64,000 bases of DNA from Bacteroidia bacterium (GTDB taxonomy: Bacteria; Bacteroidota; Bacteroidia; NS11-12g; UBA9320): the NCBI GenBank assembly GCA_965216465.1, contig CBDCFW010000006.1, positions 512,001 through 576,000 of the forward strand, in the 5' to 3' direction. Under the pieces are notes generated by a model, which searched no databases, was not told the origin of the DNA, and saw only the letters and a program-made list of their open reading frames with translations. The translations under genes and the position numbers were made by a program. This document shows, one piece after another, positions 48,066 to 57,830 of the stretch; positions within the stretch are counted from its first letter, which is position 1, and each line of letters begins with the position of its first letter.

Positions 48066-49136
48066 ATGTTAGACAAGCTCGAGGCCATACATGCCCGGTA
48101 TAAAGAGGTTGAATTGCTGCTAAGCAGTCCTGAAATTGCTTCGGATATGAAGAAGTTCACTAAACTTAACAAGGAGTATAGTGATTTGAAGCAAATTGAT
48201 GAGAAGTATTTTGAATACAAAAACCTGCTCTCTAATTTGGCTGAAGCCAAGGAGATGCTTGAAATGAGCGATGATCCTGAAATGAAGGAGCTTGCAAAGG
48301 AAGAATTCGAGAGCTTATCAGAAAAACAAGCACCCCTAGAAGAGGAAATCAAAATTCTATTGATTCCCAAAGATCCTGAAGATGATAAAAACGCTATTCT
48401 AGAAATTCGTGCCGGTACTGGTGGAGACGAAGCAAGTTTGTTTGCTGGAGATCTTTACCGAATGTATGCCAAATACTTCGACCAGAAAGGGTGGAGATAT
48501 GAGGTAATGGACACTACCGAAGGGACTGTCGGAGGATACAAGGAAATAATCTTGAAAATCGAAGGAACCGAAATCTTCGGTAACTTAAAGTATGAAGCCG
48601 GCGTTCATCGTGTTCAGCGTGTACCAGACACTGAAACTCAAGGAAGAGTTCATACATCAGCGGCAACAGTTGCTGTGCTTCCTGAAGTTGAAGAGGTAGA
48701 TGTTCAAATCAATCCTGCTGATATTGAAATGCAAACTTCAAGATCAGGAGGTGCTGGAGGTCAAAATGTAAACAAGGTTGAAACCAAGGTTCAGCTTACG
48801 CACAAACCGACCGGTATTGTTGTAGTATGTCAAATTGAGCGTTCTCAACTTGGCAATAGAGAAAGAGCTATGGAGATGTTGCGGGCTAAGCTTTACGACA
48901 TTGAATTGGTGAAACGAAATGGAGACATTGCTGCTAAAAGAAAGACTATGGTTTCTACCGGAGACCGGTCGGCAAAAATCAGAACTTACAACTACCCTCA
49001 AGGAAGGGTAACAGATCACCGTATCAATCTGACACTCTACAATTTACCTGGAGTAATGAACGGCGATATCGACGAAATAATCAGCCAATTAAAAATGGCA
49101 GAAAATGCAGAAAAACTTAAGGTCGGAGGCTTATAA
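48066..49136 (+). CDS. prfA: peptide chain release factor 1
   Basis: [17 protein letters not shown] (PxT), [18 protein letters not shown]. Confidence 0.97.
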   Translation: MLDKLEAIHARYKEVELLLSSPEIASDMKKFTKLNKEYSDLKQIDEKYFEYKNLLSNLAEAKEMLEMSDDPEMKELAKEEFESLSEKQAPLEEEIKILLIPKDPEDDKNAILEIRAGTGGDEASLFAGDLYRMYAKYFDQKGWRYEVMDTTEGTVGGYKEIILKIEGTEIFGNLKYEAGVHRVQRVPDTETQGRVHTSAATVAVLPEVEEVDVQINPADIEMQTSRSGGAGGQNVNKVETKVQLTHKPTGIVVVCQIERSQLGNRERAMEMLRAKLYDIELVKRNGDIAAKRKTMVSTGDRSAKIRTYNYPQGRVTDHRINLTLYNLPGVMNGDIDEIISQLKMAENAEKLKVGGL

Positions 49137-49232
49137 ACAACTACTGTTGGTATTTTGTTGGCACTAGAATTTACGTCCAGACCTTTTATGCATTATGTTA
49201 ATTTACTTTTGACCATACTATATCATTAAACA

Positions 49233-51392
49233 ATGAGATTTGACGCTATAAAATCAGCCCAAAACAGAAAAGTCTTCAAAAACAAAACTGCAAAAACACC
49301 AATTCCTGAATTGTACGGAAGCAATGTTTTTGGCGACGAGGCAATGAAAAATGTCTTGAGTAAGGAAGCTTACAAATCTGTAAATTCTTCTATCAAAGAA
49401 GGAAAGGCAATTAATCGTGAAATGGCTGCACATGTTGCAGCTGGTTTAAAGAGATGGGCTCTTTCAAAAGGAGCGACACATTACACTCACTGGTTTCAAC
49501 CCTTAACAGGAGCAACAGCTGAGAAGCACGACTCTTTTTACGACCCAGACAACGGAGCTGCCATTGAAAAGTTCTCCGCTGAGAATTTAGTGCAGCAAGA
49601 GCCTGACGCATCAAGCTTACCGAATGGTGGATTGAGAAACACTTTTGAGGCTAGAGGTTATACGGCCTGGGATCCATCGTCTCCAGCCTTCATTTATGAA
49701 AACTCTACAGGGAAAACATTGTGTATCCCAACTGTTTTTGTTTCATACAATGGCGAAGCTCTAGATTACAAAGCACCACTTTTGAAATCATTGAATTTGG
49801 TAGACAAAGCAGCAACCGCGGTTTGTAAATACTTCGATACTAAAGTAACTAATTGTAAAGCGTCACTTGGTATTGAGCAAGAATATTTCTTAGTAGACGA
49901 AGCATTGTTTAATGCTCGACCTGACCTTGTACTATGCGAACGCACGTTGGTAGGTCATGCCCCTGCTAAAGGCCAGCAAATGGATGACCATTACTTTGGT
50001 TCTATTCCTGATCGTGTATTCAATTACATGTACGATTTTGAACTAGAAGCATTGAAGCTTGGAATTCCTTTGAAAACTCGTCACAATGAGGTTGCCCCAG
50101 GGCAGTTTGAATGTGCACCGATGTTCGAAGATGTAAATCTAGCCATCGACCACAATCAATTGTTAATGGACTTGATGGATGAGGTAGCGAGAAGACATGG
50201 GTTTAGAGTGTTATTCCACGAAAAGCCGTTTGCAGGAGTTAATGGCTCAGGAAAACACAACAATTGGTCTTTGATCACAAACACTGGAGTAAATCTTCTT
50301 TCTCCTGGAGACAATCCTGATTCAAATCTTCTGTTCTTAACTGCTTTCATTAATACAATCAAAGCGGTACATGACAACTCAGATATTATCAGAGCTAGTA
50401 TCGCGTCATCGTCAAATGACCATAGATTGGGTGCAAACGAAGCACCTCCGGCTATCATTTCGGTATTTATCGGGTCTACCCTAACCAAAGTACTTGAAGC
50501 TTTTGAAAAAGATACCAAATCAAGCAATGAATCAGGCAGAACAATTTTAATTGATAAGATTCCAGAAATTATTGCTGATAATACGGACAGAAATAGAACT
50601 TCACCTTTCGCCTTTACTGGAAATAAATTTGAGTTAAGAGCAGTTGGGTCAAACACCAACTCTGCTCAACCAATGACAGTTCTAAATTCTGCCGTAGGTA
50701 ACCAACTTATTGATTTTAAGAAGAAGGTTGATGCTCGAATCGAAAAAGGAACAAGCAAGAAGCAAGCTATCATTGCTGAGTTAAAAGCAACGCTAAAAGC
50801 TTCTAAGAAAATTCTTTTTGAAGGAAACAACTACAGCGATGAGTGGGCTGCTGAAGCCAAGAAAAGAGGTTTAAGCAACATCAAGAACACTCCAGAATCG
50901 TTGAAAGCGTATGTTAGTAAGCAAGCAATCAAAACCTTTGTAGACAATAACATTTTTACCAAAGAAGAACTTCATGCTCGTCTTGAAATCATGTACGAAG
51001 AGTATACGAAGAAAATTCAAATCGAGGGAAGAGTGCTGGGTGAAATGGTTTACACTTACATACTTCCTCCTTCAATTGAGTATCTAACTACGTTGGCAAA
51101 TAATGTTAAAGCTTTAAAAGATGCAGGATTAAAATCAGGCAAATCTCAAACTGACTTGATTAAAGCGATTGCAGATCATATCGATCAGGCTAAAGCAAAG
51201 ACTGATAAAATGACCGAAGAGCGTAAAAAAGCCAACAGAATGAAAGACATCGAGAAAATGGCTATTGCCTACAACAAAAAGGTGAAAGAATCATTTGATG
51301 ACATTCGTAAGCATATCGACAAATTAGAGCTTCTTGTAGACGATCAACTTTGGCAATTGCCAAAATACAGAGAGTTGCTATTTATCAAGTAA
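49233..51392 (+). CDS. glutamine synthetase type III
   Basis: HWFQPLTG..AEKHD, EPDASS, HNEVAP, GSGKHNNWS, NRTSPFAFTGNKFE; 719 aa. Confidence 0.96.
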   Translation: MRFDAIKSAQNRKVFKNKTAKTPIPELYGSNVFGDEAMKNVLSKEAYKSVNSSIKEGKAINREMAAHVAAGLKRWALSKGATHYTHWFQPLTGATAEKHDSFYDPDNGAAIEKFSAENLVQQEPDASSLPNGGLRNTFEARGYTAWDPSSPAFIYENSTGKTLCIPTVFVSYNGEALDYKAPLLKSLNLVDKAATAVCKYFDTKVTNCKASLGIEQEYFLVDEALFNARPDLVLCERTLVGHAPAKGQQMDDHYFGSIPDRVFNYMYDFELEALKLGIPLKTRHNEVAPGQFECAPMFEDVNLAIDHNQLLMDLMDEVARRHGFRVLFHEKPFAGVNGSGKHNNWSLITNTGVNLLSPGDNPDSNLLFLTAFINTIKAVHDNSDIIRASIASSSNDHRLGANEAPPAIISVFIGSTLTKVLEAFEKDTKSSNESGRTILIDKIPEIIADNTDRNRTSPFAFTGNKFELRAVGSNTNSAQPMTVLNSAVGNQLIDFKKKVDARIEKGTSKKQAIIAELKATLKASKKILFEGNNYSDEWAAEAKKRGLSNIKNTPESLKAYVSKQAIKTFVDNNIFTKEELHARLEIMYEEYTKKIQIEGRVLGEMVYTYILPPSIEYLTTLANNVKALKDAGLKSGKSQTDLIKAIADHIDQAKAKTDKMTEERKKANRMKDIEKMAIAYNKKVKESFDDIRKHIDKLELLVDDQLWQLPKYRELLFIK

Positions 51393-51416
51393 TTACGATT
51401 ATTTAATATACAGATT

Positions 51417-51450
51417 ACCCCTTCAGTACATAATTATTGGAGGGGTTTTT
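51417..51450 (+). terminator. intrinsic terminator
   Basis: ACCCCTTCAGTA / TATTGGAGGGGT stem followed by a T run. Confidence 0.7.
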
Positions 51451-51518
51451 CGTTTAATACTAACTTTTATTTGTTTTTAGGTACAGAATTTTTGATTTTT
51501 GACGTTTCTAAATTCGTA

Positions 51519-54110
51519 ATGCATTTGAAACTAAGATACTATACAAAAGCTCTTTCTCTCTTTCTTTTAGTCGGCTTGATCTCTGCGTGTGGAGGCCCAA
51601 CCATGAAAAAGGCCAATGAGGCAATGGAGAAGAAGGAATATGCCAAAGCTGCTGACATGTATGATAAGCTTGCTGGTAATCCTGATACTGAGAAGGAAGA
51701 TAAGCAAACAGCATCGTTCAGGGGTGCAGAATGCTACCGCTTGGTACACAAGCCTAAATCAGCATTAAAATTATACAATAAAGCACTTAAGTATGGTGTT
51801 CAGGATCCTGTTGTATTATATCGTATTGGAGACATGCACAAGCAACATGGCGAATACGAATTGGCGATAGAAGCCTTCAAAAAGTATCAAAAAGAAGTTC
51901 CAGAAGACGAGCGCGTAGAAGCAATGATTCAAGGATGTGAAGATGCATTAACTTGGAAAGAAGAGCCAACACGTTATACGGTTAACGAATTTAAACCCGC
52001 AAATCATAAAAGTGCCGACGACTTTTCACCCATGTGGGCAGATCGTAAGCAAAAATCAATCATGTTTACTTCTGACCGCCCAGAAGGGGTAAGTAAGGAA
52101 GATTATACAATGACCATGAGAATGCATACCGATGTTTGGGTTGTGAAAAAAGAAGGAAGCAGAGGGAAAGTTAAGTGGGGAAATGCAGAAGTTGTTGAAG
52201 GATTAAACACCAAATACAACGACGGTGTTATTGCCTTTAACAAAAGAATGTCGAAAATGTACGTTACCCAATGTAACGGTGAAGACGGAAAAGAGCTTAA
52301 CTGTAAAATATATGAAGCTCGTAAAGTTGGTAAAGGATGGGAAATGAATCCTGAACCACTTGATTTTTGTAAAGGACCAGGAAATGAAAAATGGAACTAC
52401 GGTCATCCTGTTTTAGCAAATGGTGACAAAACCATGTATTTCGCTTCGGATAGACCGGGTGGATATGGAGATACATTAGGTTTAGAGAAAACTAAGGATA
52501 TCTGGATGGTAACCTATGTGAGAAGAGGTAGAACGTGGAGTGAACCAGTTAACTTGGGTCCAATGATTAATACGGAAGGAAATGAAATGTTCCCTTATGT
52601 ACATACCGATGGAACACTTTACTTCTCATCTGACGGTCATCCTGGTTTAGGTGCACTTGACATTTTTGAAACGAGAAAATCTGGTGATGGTCCTACCGAT
52701 TGGGACGTTCCGAAAAATATGAAGAACCCAATTAACTCTAAAGGTGACGACTTTGGTATTATCATGGACGCAACCAAAGAGCATGGATTCTTTACCTCGA
52801 ATAGAAAGAAAAATCAAGACGACATTTATGAGTTCTTTATGGAGCCTATCGAGTGTACACTTAAAGGACAAGTAACCGATTGCGACAGTGGAACTGCTAT
52901 TGCAGATGCCTTAGTTTTAATCAGCAATAATGTTGATTCTTCTAAAATCAGACTGAGAACAGATAGCAAAGGTTATTACGAAACTTCATTAGGTATTAAT
53001 AAAGAATATACCATCGAAGTTTCTAAGCGTTCTGATTACTATTATGATGCTAAACCGCAATACGTTTCGACCATGGGAGTTCAAACCTCTCTTGATTGCC
53101 AGCACGTTAAAGACTTCTGCTTGAAAAACACTTGTAACGATGTTTTCGTTCTTCCAATCTATTACGATTTGGATAAGGCATTCATCCGTGAAGATGCTAA
53201 ACCGATTCTTGACGACTTAATTAAAACCTTGAAAAAGTACCCAAGAATGGCTGTTGAGCTTGGATCTCATACAGACTGTAGAGCGGATTATGAATACAAC
53301 AGAGCACTTTCACAAAGAAGAGCTGATTCAGCAATCGCATACTTAATCGATAATGGAGGTTTGAATCCGTTCAGACTAGAAGCTCACGGTTACGGCGAAT
53401 CTCAATTGGTAAACCATTGTGAGTGTGAAGGAACAAATGTTACTCCATGTTCTGATGAAGAACACCAAGAAAACAGACGTACGACTGTGAAAGTTGTGAA
53501 CTGTAACTTTGATGTGCTATCAATTGGCGTTGACTACAAAGAAAGAAATGATGAAGCTCTAGCAGGCAAAGGATCTATCTACAGCCCTTACTTGCTTGAA
53601 AAACAAAGAGAATACCTAACTAAAACAAAGGGTAATATCGATAGTTTCTTGAATGCACGTGCAGTTGAAGATAGCTTGAAACTTGTTAAGCAAGAAGAAG
53701 AAGAGTTAATGGCTAAATATGATTTCATTAACTTAACGAAGTCTCGTGATAAACTCACTTTATATGGATACATAGGAAGAAAGAAAGTGAAGTTTGTTTT
53801 CAACGGTGAAGAGAGAAGAACGTTAATTCCTCAAACTATGGTTGAGCAGTTGTTAGACAACAAAACCATTACTGTTGATGATTTCAGAAACTCAAACGAC
53901 AAGATCAAATTGTCCAATGGAATGAAGGTGTTTGGTACATCATTTACCATCCCTGAATTGAAAATTGGAGATAAGGTATATACCAAAGTAAAATGTAAAA
54001 TGGTTACTACCATCAAACAACCGGTTCTTGGTTTCAATGTATTTGACAAAGAATATGTTGACTTCGAAATCAAAGACAACAAGATCTGGCTGCTTAAAGA
54101 TTTAGAATAA
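51519..54110 (+). CDS. PorE-like lipoprotein (TPR-PD40-CarboxypepD-OmpA) with extra C-terminal retropepsin-like domain
   Basis: Lipobox ISAC, TPR, FASDRPGG and FSSDGHPGLG PD40 repeats, SHTDCR..YN..LSQRRA and GYGE..NRRT OmpA motifs, then about 200 extra residues. Confidence 0.85.
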   Translation: MHLKLRYYTKALSLFLLVGLISACGGPTMKKANEAMEKKEYAKAADMYDKLAGNPDTEKEDKQTASFRGAECYRLVHKPKSALKLYNKALKYGVQDPVVLYRIGDMHKQHGEYELAIEAFKKYQKEVPEDERVEAMIQGCEDALTWKEEPTRYTVNEFKPANHKSADDFSPMWADRKQKSIMFTSDRPEGVSKEDYTMTMRMHTDVWVVKKEGSRGKVKWGNAEVVEGLNTKYNDGVIAFNKRMSKMYVTQCNGEDGKELNCKIYEARKVGKGWEMNPEPLDFCKGPGNEKWNYGHPVLANGDKTMYFASDRPGGYGDTLGLEKTKDIWMVTYVRRGRTWSEPVNLGPMINTEGNEMFPYVHTDGTLYFSSDGHPGLGALDIFETRKSGDGPTDWDVPKNMKNPINSKGDDFGIIMDATKEHGFFTSNRKKNQDDIYEFFMEPIECTLKGQVTDCDSGTAIADALVLISNNVDSSKIRLRTDSKGYYETSLGINKEYTIEVSKRSDYYYDAKPQYVSTMGVQTSLDCQHVKDFCLKNTCNDVFVLPIYYDLDKAFIREDAKPILDDLIKTLKKYPRMAVELGSHTDCRADYEYNRALSQRRADSAIAYLIDNGGLNPFRLEAHGYGESQLVNHCECEGTNVTPCSDEEHQENRRTTVKVVNCNFDVLSIGVDYKERNDEALAGKGSIYSPYLLEKQREYLTKTKGNIDSFLNARAVEDSLKLVKQEEEELMAKYDFINLTKSRDKLTLYGYIGRKKVKFVFNGEERRTLIPQTMVEQLLDNKTITVDDFRNSNDKIKLSNGMKVFGTSFTIPELKIGDKVYTKVKCKMVTTIKQPVLGFNVFDKEYVDFEIKDNKIWLLKDLE

Positions 54111-54124
54111 AGTTATCGTCAAAA

Positions 54125-55279
54125 TTGAGTAGATACGAAAAAAGAGGAGTTTCCTCTCAAAAAGAAGATGTCCATAAGGCTATCTCAAATGTAGATAAGG
54201 GACTGTTTCCAAATGCTTTTTGTAAGATAGTTGAAGATGTTATTGGAGGTGATGACGCATTCTGTAACATTGTTCACGCTGATGGGGCCGGAACTAAATC
54301 GTCTCTTGCCTATCTCTATTGGAAGGAAACCGGAGATCTTTCAGTTTGGAAAGGTATAGCACAAGATGCGTTGGTAATGAATACCGACGACATCATTTGC
54401 ACAGGAGCAACCGGACCATTTTTACTTTCGAATACGATAGGAAGAAACAAACACTTGGTGCCAGGGGAGGTAATCAAAGCTATTATTGACGGATTTGAAG
54501 AATGCATCGACAATCTCAATGATTTTGGTGTTAGCATTAAGTTTACTGGGGGTGAAACTGCAGACGTTGGGGACTTGGTTAAAACGTTAATCGTAGATAG
54601 CACAGTAGCATGTCGACCAAAACGCTCCGAAATAATGGAAGTTGATATTCAAGATGGTGATGTTATTGTTGGATTCTCGTCTTCGGGTCAAGCATCGTAT
54701 GAGCATCAATACAATTCAGGAATTGGTTCGAATGGACTCACTTCTGGTCGACACGATTTGATTGACCACTCCTATTATGCTAAATATCCGGAAACTTTTG
54801 ATATCAATACTGACGAAGAGTATATCTACTCTGGCCAGTTTAAGCTAACCGACAAGTTAGAAGGTACACCGTTGGATATTGGCAAAGCATTATTGTCTCC
54901 TACTCGTACCTACGCACCTATTATAAAAAAGATGCTTTCTAGTGCTGAAATGAAGAATGAAATTCACGGAATGATTCATTGTACAGGAGGTGCACAAACC
55001 AAGGTTATGAAGTTTCTTGACAAGCCTTTGCACATTAATAAGTCATCTTTACTTGAAATTCCACCATTATTCAAGACCATACACGAAACCACAGGTACTC
55101 CTCTGAAAGAAATGTATGAAGTATTCAATATGGGGCATCGATTAGAAGTATATTGTTCTAAATCTATTGCTAATGAACTAGTTAGCCTTGCGTCTGACTT
55201 CAATATAGACGCGAAAGTAATTGGAGAATGCAGCCAAAGCGATAAGCCACAATTGACAATTAATGGTATAGATTACTAG
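54125..55279 (+). CDS. purM: phosphoribosylformylglycinamidine cyclo-ligase (Bacteroidota-type PurM)
   Basis: RGVS..KEDVH, HADGAGTKS, GGETADVGD, GSNGLT, VFNMGHR. Confidence 0.9.
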   Translation: MSRYEKRGVSSQKEDVHKAISNVDKGLFPNAFCKIVEDVIGGDDAFCNIVHADGAGTKSSLAYLYWKETGDLSVWKGIAQDALVMNTDDIICTGATGPFLLSNTIGRNKHLVPGEVIKAIIDGFEECIDNLNDFGVSIKFTGGETADVGDLVKTLIVDSTVACRPKRSEIMEVDIQDGDVIVGFSSSGQASYEHQYNSGIGSNGLTSGRHDLIDHSYYAKYPETFDINTDEEYIYSGQFKLTDKLEGTPLDIGKALLSPTRTYAPIIKKMLSSAEMKNEIHGMIHCTGGAQTKVMKFLDKPLHINKSSLLEIPPLFKTIHETTGTPLKEMYEVFNMGHRLEVYCSKSIANELVSLASDFNIDAKVIGECSQSDKPQLTINGIDY

Positions 55280-55373
55280 GAATTATAAGCCCTATGTCAT
55301 TTTTTAAATACTGGATTTTTAATCCATGATATTGACTATATTTGACGACCTTAAATTATATTAAATAATAGAA

Positions 55374-56288
55374 ATGAAAAAATTACTTTTACTAGCATTT
55401 ATCTCTGCATTCGTATTTGTAGGATGTGGTGACAAGACTGATGATCCTTCAGGAGGTGGTGATAAAGCACCAACAACTTATACTTCTAAGGCATTATTAG
55501 AGTATTTCAGTGGAACTTGGTGTCCATACTGCCCAGACGGGAAAAAATTATCACTAGAAGTTAAAGATAGAGTTCCTGCGGGATCTTATACTTCAGTTGT
55601 ATACCACAACAACGACCAAATGGATAACATCTACGACGATGCTATTGACAGTAAGTTTGCTGCTGGTTACCCAACTGGTATGATTAACAGAATTGGTGGT
55701 GAAGCAGGTAGCAGATACACTCCTGAAATCAACCAAATTCAATCTTGGGCTCAATACGATCCAGATTTACATAACAAATGGTTAAAGCAAGCTAAAGCGG
55801 TTCAAGCTGAAGCAGCTAAATGTGGTCTTGCTATTGACGCTTCTGATAAAGTTGGAAGTACTGTAAACATCGAAGTAAAATTAGGTGTTGGTGCTGAAGC
55901 TCTTCCAGAAGGAAACTACTTCCTAACTGTTCTTGTTGTTGAAGATGCAATGACTGGATCAGGTCAAGGATGGGATCAAAGAAACGGATATAACAACGCT
56001 CAAGGTCACGCTTACCAAGGTAAAGGTGATCCATGGACTGGATATGTACACGACAATGTTGTAAGAAACGTATTAACTGCTCCTTTAGGAGATGAAATTC
56101 CTACTGAAAATGTAGCAGCTGGTGCAATTTCTACTTACAACTTCACTACTGACATCCAAGGATTAGGTGATGACCTAACAATAGTAGCATTCATCAGTGA
56201 GTACACTGAAACTCTTACTGCTGGAACTACTTCTTTTGTTTACAACATGCAAACTGCTGCTGTTGGAAGCAACCAAGCTTGGGACTAA
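55374..56288 (+). CDS. Omp28-related outer-membrane lipoprotein with CxxC
   Basis: Lipobox FVGC, LLEYFSGTWCPYCP, GYPTGMINR, H.NVVR...T.PLGD. Confidence 0.85.
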   Translation: MKKLLLLAFISAFVFVGCGDKTDDPSGGGDKAPTTYTSKALLEYFSGTWCPYCPDGKKLSLEVKDRVPAGSYTSVVYHNNDQMDNIYDDAIDSKFAAGYPTGMINRIGGEAGSRYTPEINQIQSWAQYDPDLHNKWLKQAKAVQAEAAKCGLAIDASDKVGSTVNIEVKLGVGAEALPEGNYFLTVLVVEDAMTGSGQGWDQRNGYNNAQGHAYQGKGDPWTGYVHDNVVRNVLTAPLGDEIPTENVAAGAISTYNFTTDIQGLGDDLTIVAFISEYTETLTAGTTSFVYNMQTAAVGSNQAWD

Positions 56289-56308
56289 TTTATATACTAT
56301 ATTAAAAT

Positions 56309-56336
56309 GCCTCGCCTTCGGGCGGGGCTTTTTTTT
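56309..56336 (+). terminator. intrinsic terminator with UUCG tetraloop
   Basis: GCCTCGCC-TTCG-GGCGGGGC-T8. Confidence 0.85.
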
Positions 56337-56342
56337 GACCTC

Positions 56343-57374
56343 ATGCAAGATATTCGACAATTATCAAAAGAAGAACTTCAAGAAGTTTGCATAGCTCTAG
56401 GAGAAAAAAAGTTTAGAGCAAAACAACTCTGGGAGTGGCTATGGCAAAAGGGTGTAACTTCTTTTGACGACATGAGTAATCTTTCGAAATCTTTTCGTGA
56501 GAGTCTTAAGGCTGAGTATACCATTAATGGCGTTCAAATTGCCAATTCTCAGCAAAGCAACGATGGTACCATCAAGTATGCATTCAAGCTCAATGACGGC
56601 TTCTTAGTTGAAGGAGTACTAATACCATCAAAAGATAGAGTTACAGCCTGCATATCTTCTCAGGTAGGATGCAGTTTAAGCTGCACATTCTGTGCAACTG
56701 GCTTCCTAAAGCGTGAACGCAACTTACGATCAGATGAAATATTTGATCAAGTTGTTTTACTTAAAAGAGAAGCTGAAAAAGCTTATAATCTTAACCTAAG
56801 CAACATTGTACTTATGGGCATGGGTGAACCTTTACTCAACTACGCAAACGTAAATTCGGGTATTGAAAAAATCACTTCACCAGATGGCTTAGGAATGTCA
56901 CCTCAACGAATTACCCTATCAACCGCAGGCATCGCTAAGATGATTAAAAAGCTCGGGGACGACGGAGTTCGATACAACCTGGCTCTCTCATTGCATGCCG
57001 CAAATAATGAAAAGAGAAGTTCTATTATGCCAATCAATGACAGCAATTCACTTGAAGATTTAATTGAAGCTTTGAACTACTTCTACGATAAAACTGGTAC
57101 TCGGGTGACCTTAGAGTACTGTGTAATTAATGACATTAATGACGACAACCAAGAAGCTCAAGAACTTGTAGATTTTGCTCGTCAAATAAGATGTAAGATT
57201 AATTTAATCGAGTATAACCCAATAGATTTGGCTGAATTCGAGGCCAGTTCAATTGAAAAGGTAGAACGATTCGCTGCCTACCTCGAAAAAAATAAATTGA
57301 TTGTAAACGTGCGCAGAAGCCGTGGTAAAGATATTGATGCAGCATGCGGACAACTGGCTAATAAACTAGCTTAA
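56343..57374 (+). CDS. rlmN: 23S rRNA (adenine2503-C2)-methyltransferase RlmN
   Basis: CISSQVGC...C.FCATG, MGMGEP, SLHA, DIDAACGQL; ATG 56343 lies after the terminator. Confidence 0.95.
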   Translation: MQDIRQLSKEELQEVCIALGEKKFRAKQLWEWLWQKGVTSFDDMSNLSKSFRESLKAEYTINGVQIANSQQSNDGTIKYAFKLNDGFLVEGVLIPSKDRVTACISSQVGCSLSCTFCATGFLKRERNLRSDEIFDQVVLLKREAEKAYNLNLSNIVLMGMGEPLLNYANVNSGIEKITSPDGLGMSPQRITLSTAGIAKMIKKLGDDGVRYNLALSLHAANNEKRSSIMPINDSNSLEDLIEALNYFYDKTGTRVTLEYCVINDINDDNQEAQELVDFARQIRCKINLIEYNPIDLAEFEASSIEKVERFAAYLEKNKLIVNVRRSRGKDIDAACGQLANKLA

Positions 57375-57761
57375 AAAACGCGAACGTTCTTCTTCTGAAG
57401 GCAATCTACATACCGCTCTCTTTCCAAACCACTTGTATCGATTTCGAGCAACCCAACGATAAAACCAATTGCGAATGGGTCTAGGAAAAATCCAGAATAT
57501 TCTTAAAAATTGAAATGGCCACTTTAAGAATGCCACCAGTTTTAAAGCTGCATCTGATTCAACCCATGCATTTCTCCCATCGAAGTAAACTATACTGTCT
57601 TTCTCGGCCAGAAAAGGGAACTCTGATATCAACTTTGCTCCATGATCCGATTGAAGTGATGAAAATTTAAGCCTGCTTCCATTCTCGTACTTCATCAAAA
57701 AATTCACCGAGGAGTTACATAAATTGCAAACACCATCAAAATATACCACACGATCGCTCAT
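57366..57761 (-). CDS. DCC1-like thiol-disulfide oxidoreductase (DUF393)
   Basis: FDGVCNLC, SLQS, RNRYKWFG...C. Confidence 0.9.
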   Translation of the reverse strand: MSDRVVYFDGVCNLCNSSVNFLMKYENGSRLKFSSLQSDHGAKLISEFPFLAEKDSIVYFDGRNAWVESDAALKLVAFLKWPFQFLRIFWIFPRPIRNWFYRWVARNRYKWFGKRAVCRLPSEEERSRFLS

Positions 57762-57830
57762 TACACTGATTACCAAACAAATTTAAGTTTCAATCCTTAA
57801 TTGAACACATAGAATAAATACCTTTGCGCA

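Noticed and set aside
48066-49136. prfB with programmed frameshift
   Set aside because: The ORF is continuous and has the PxT motif of RF1 rather than SPF.
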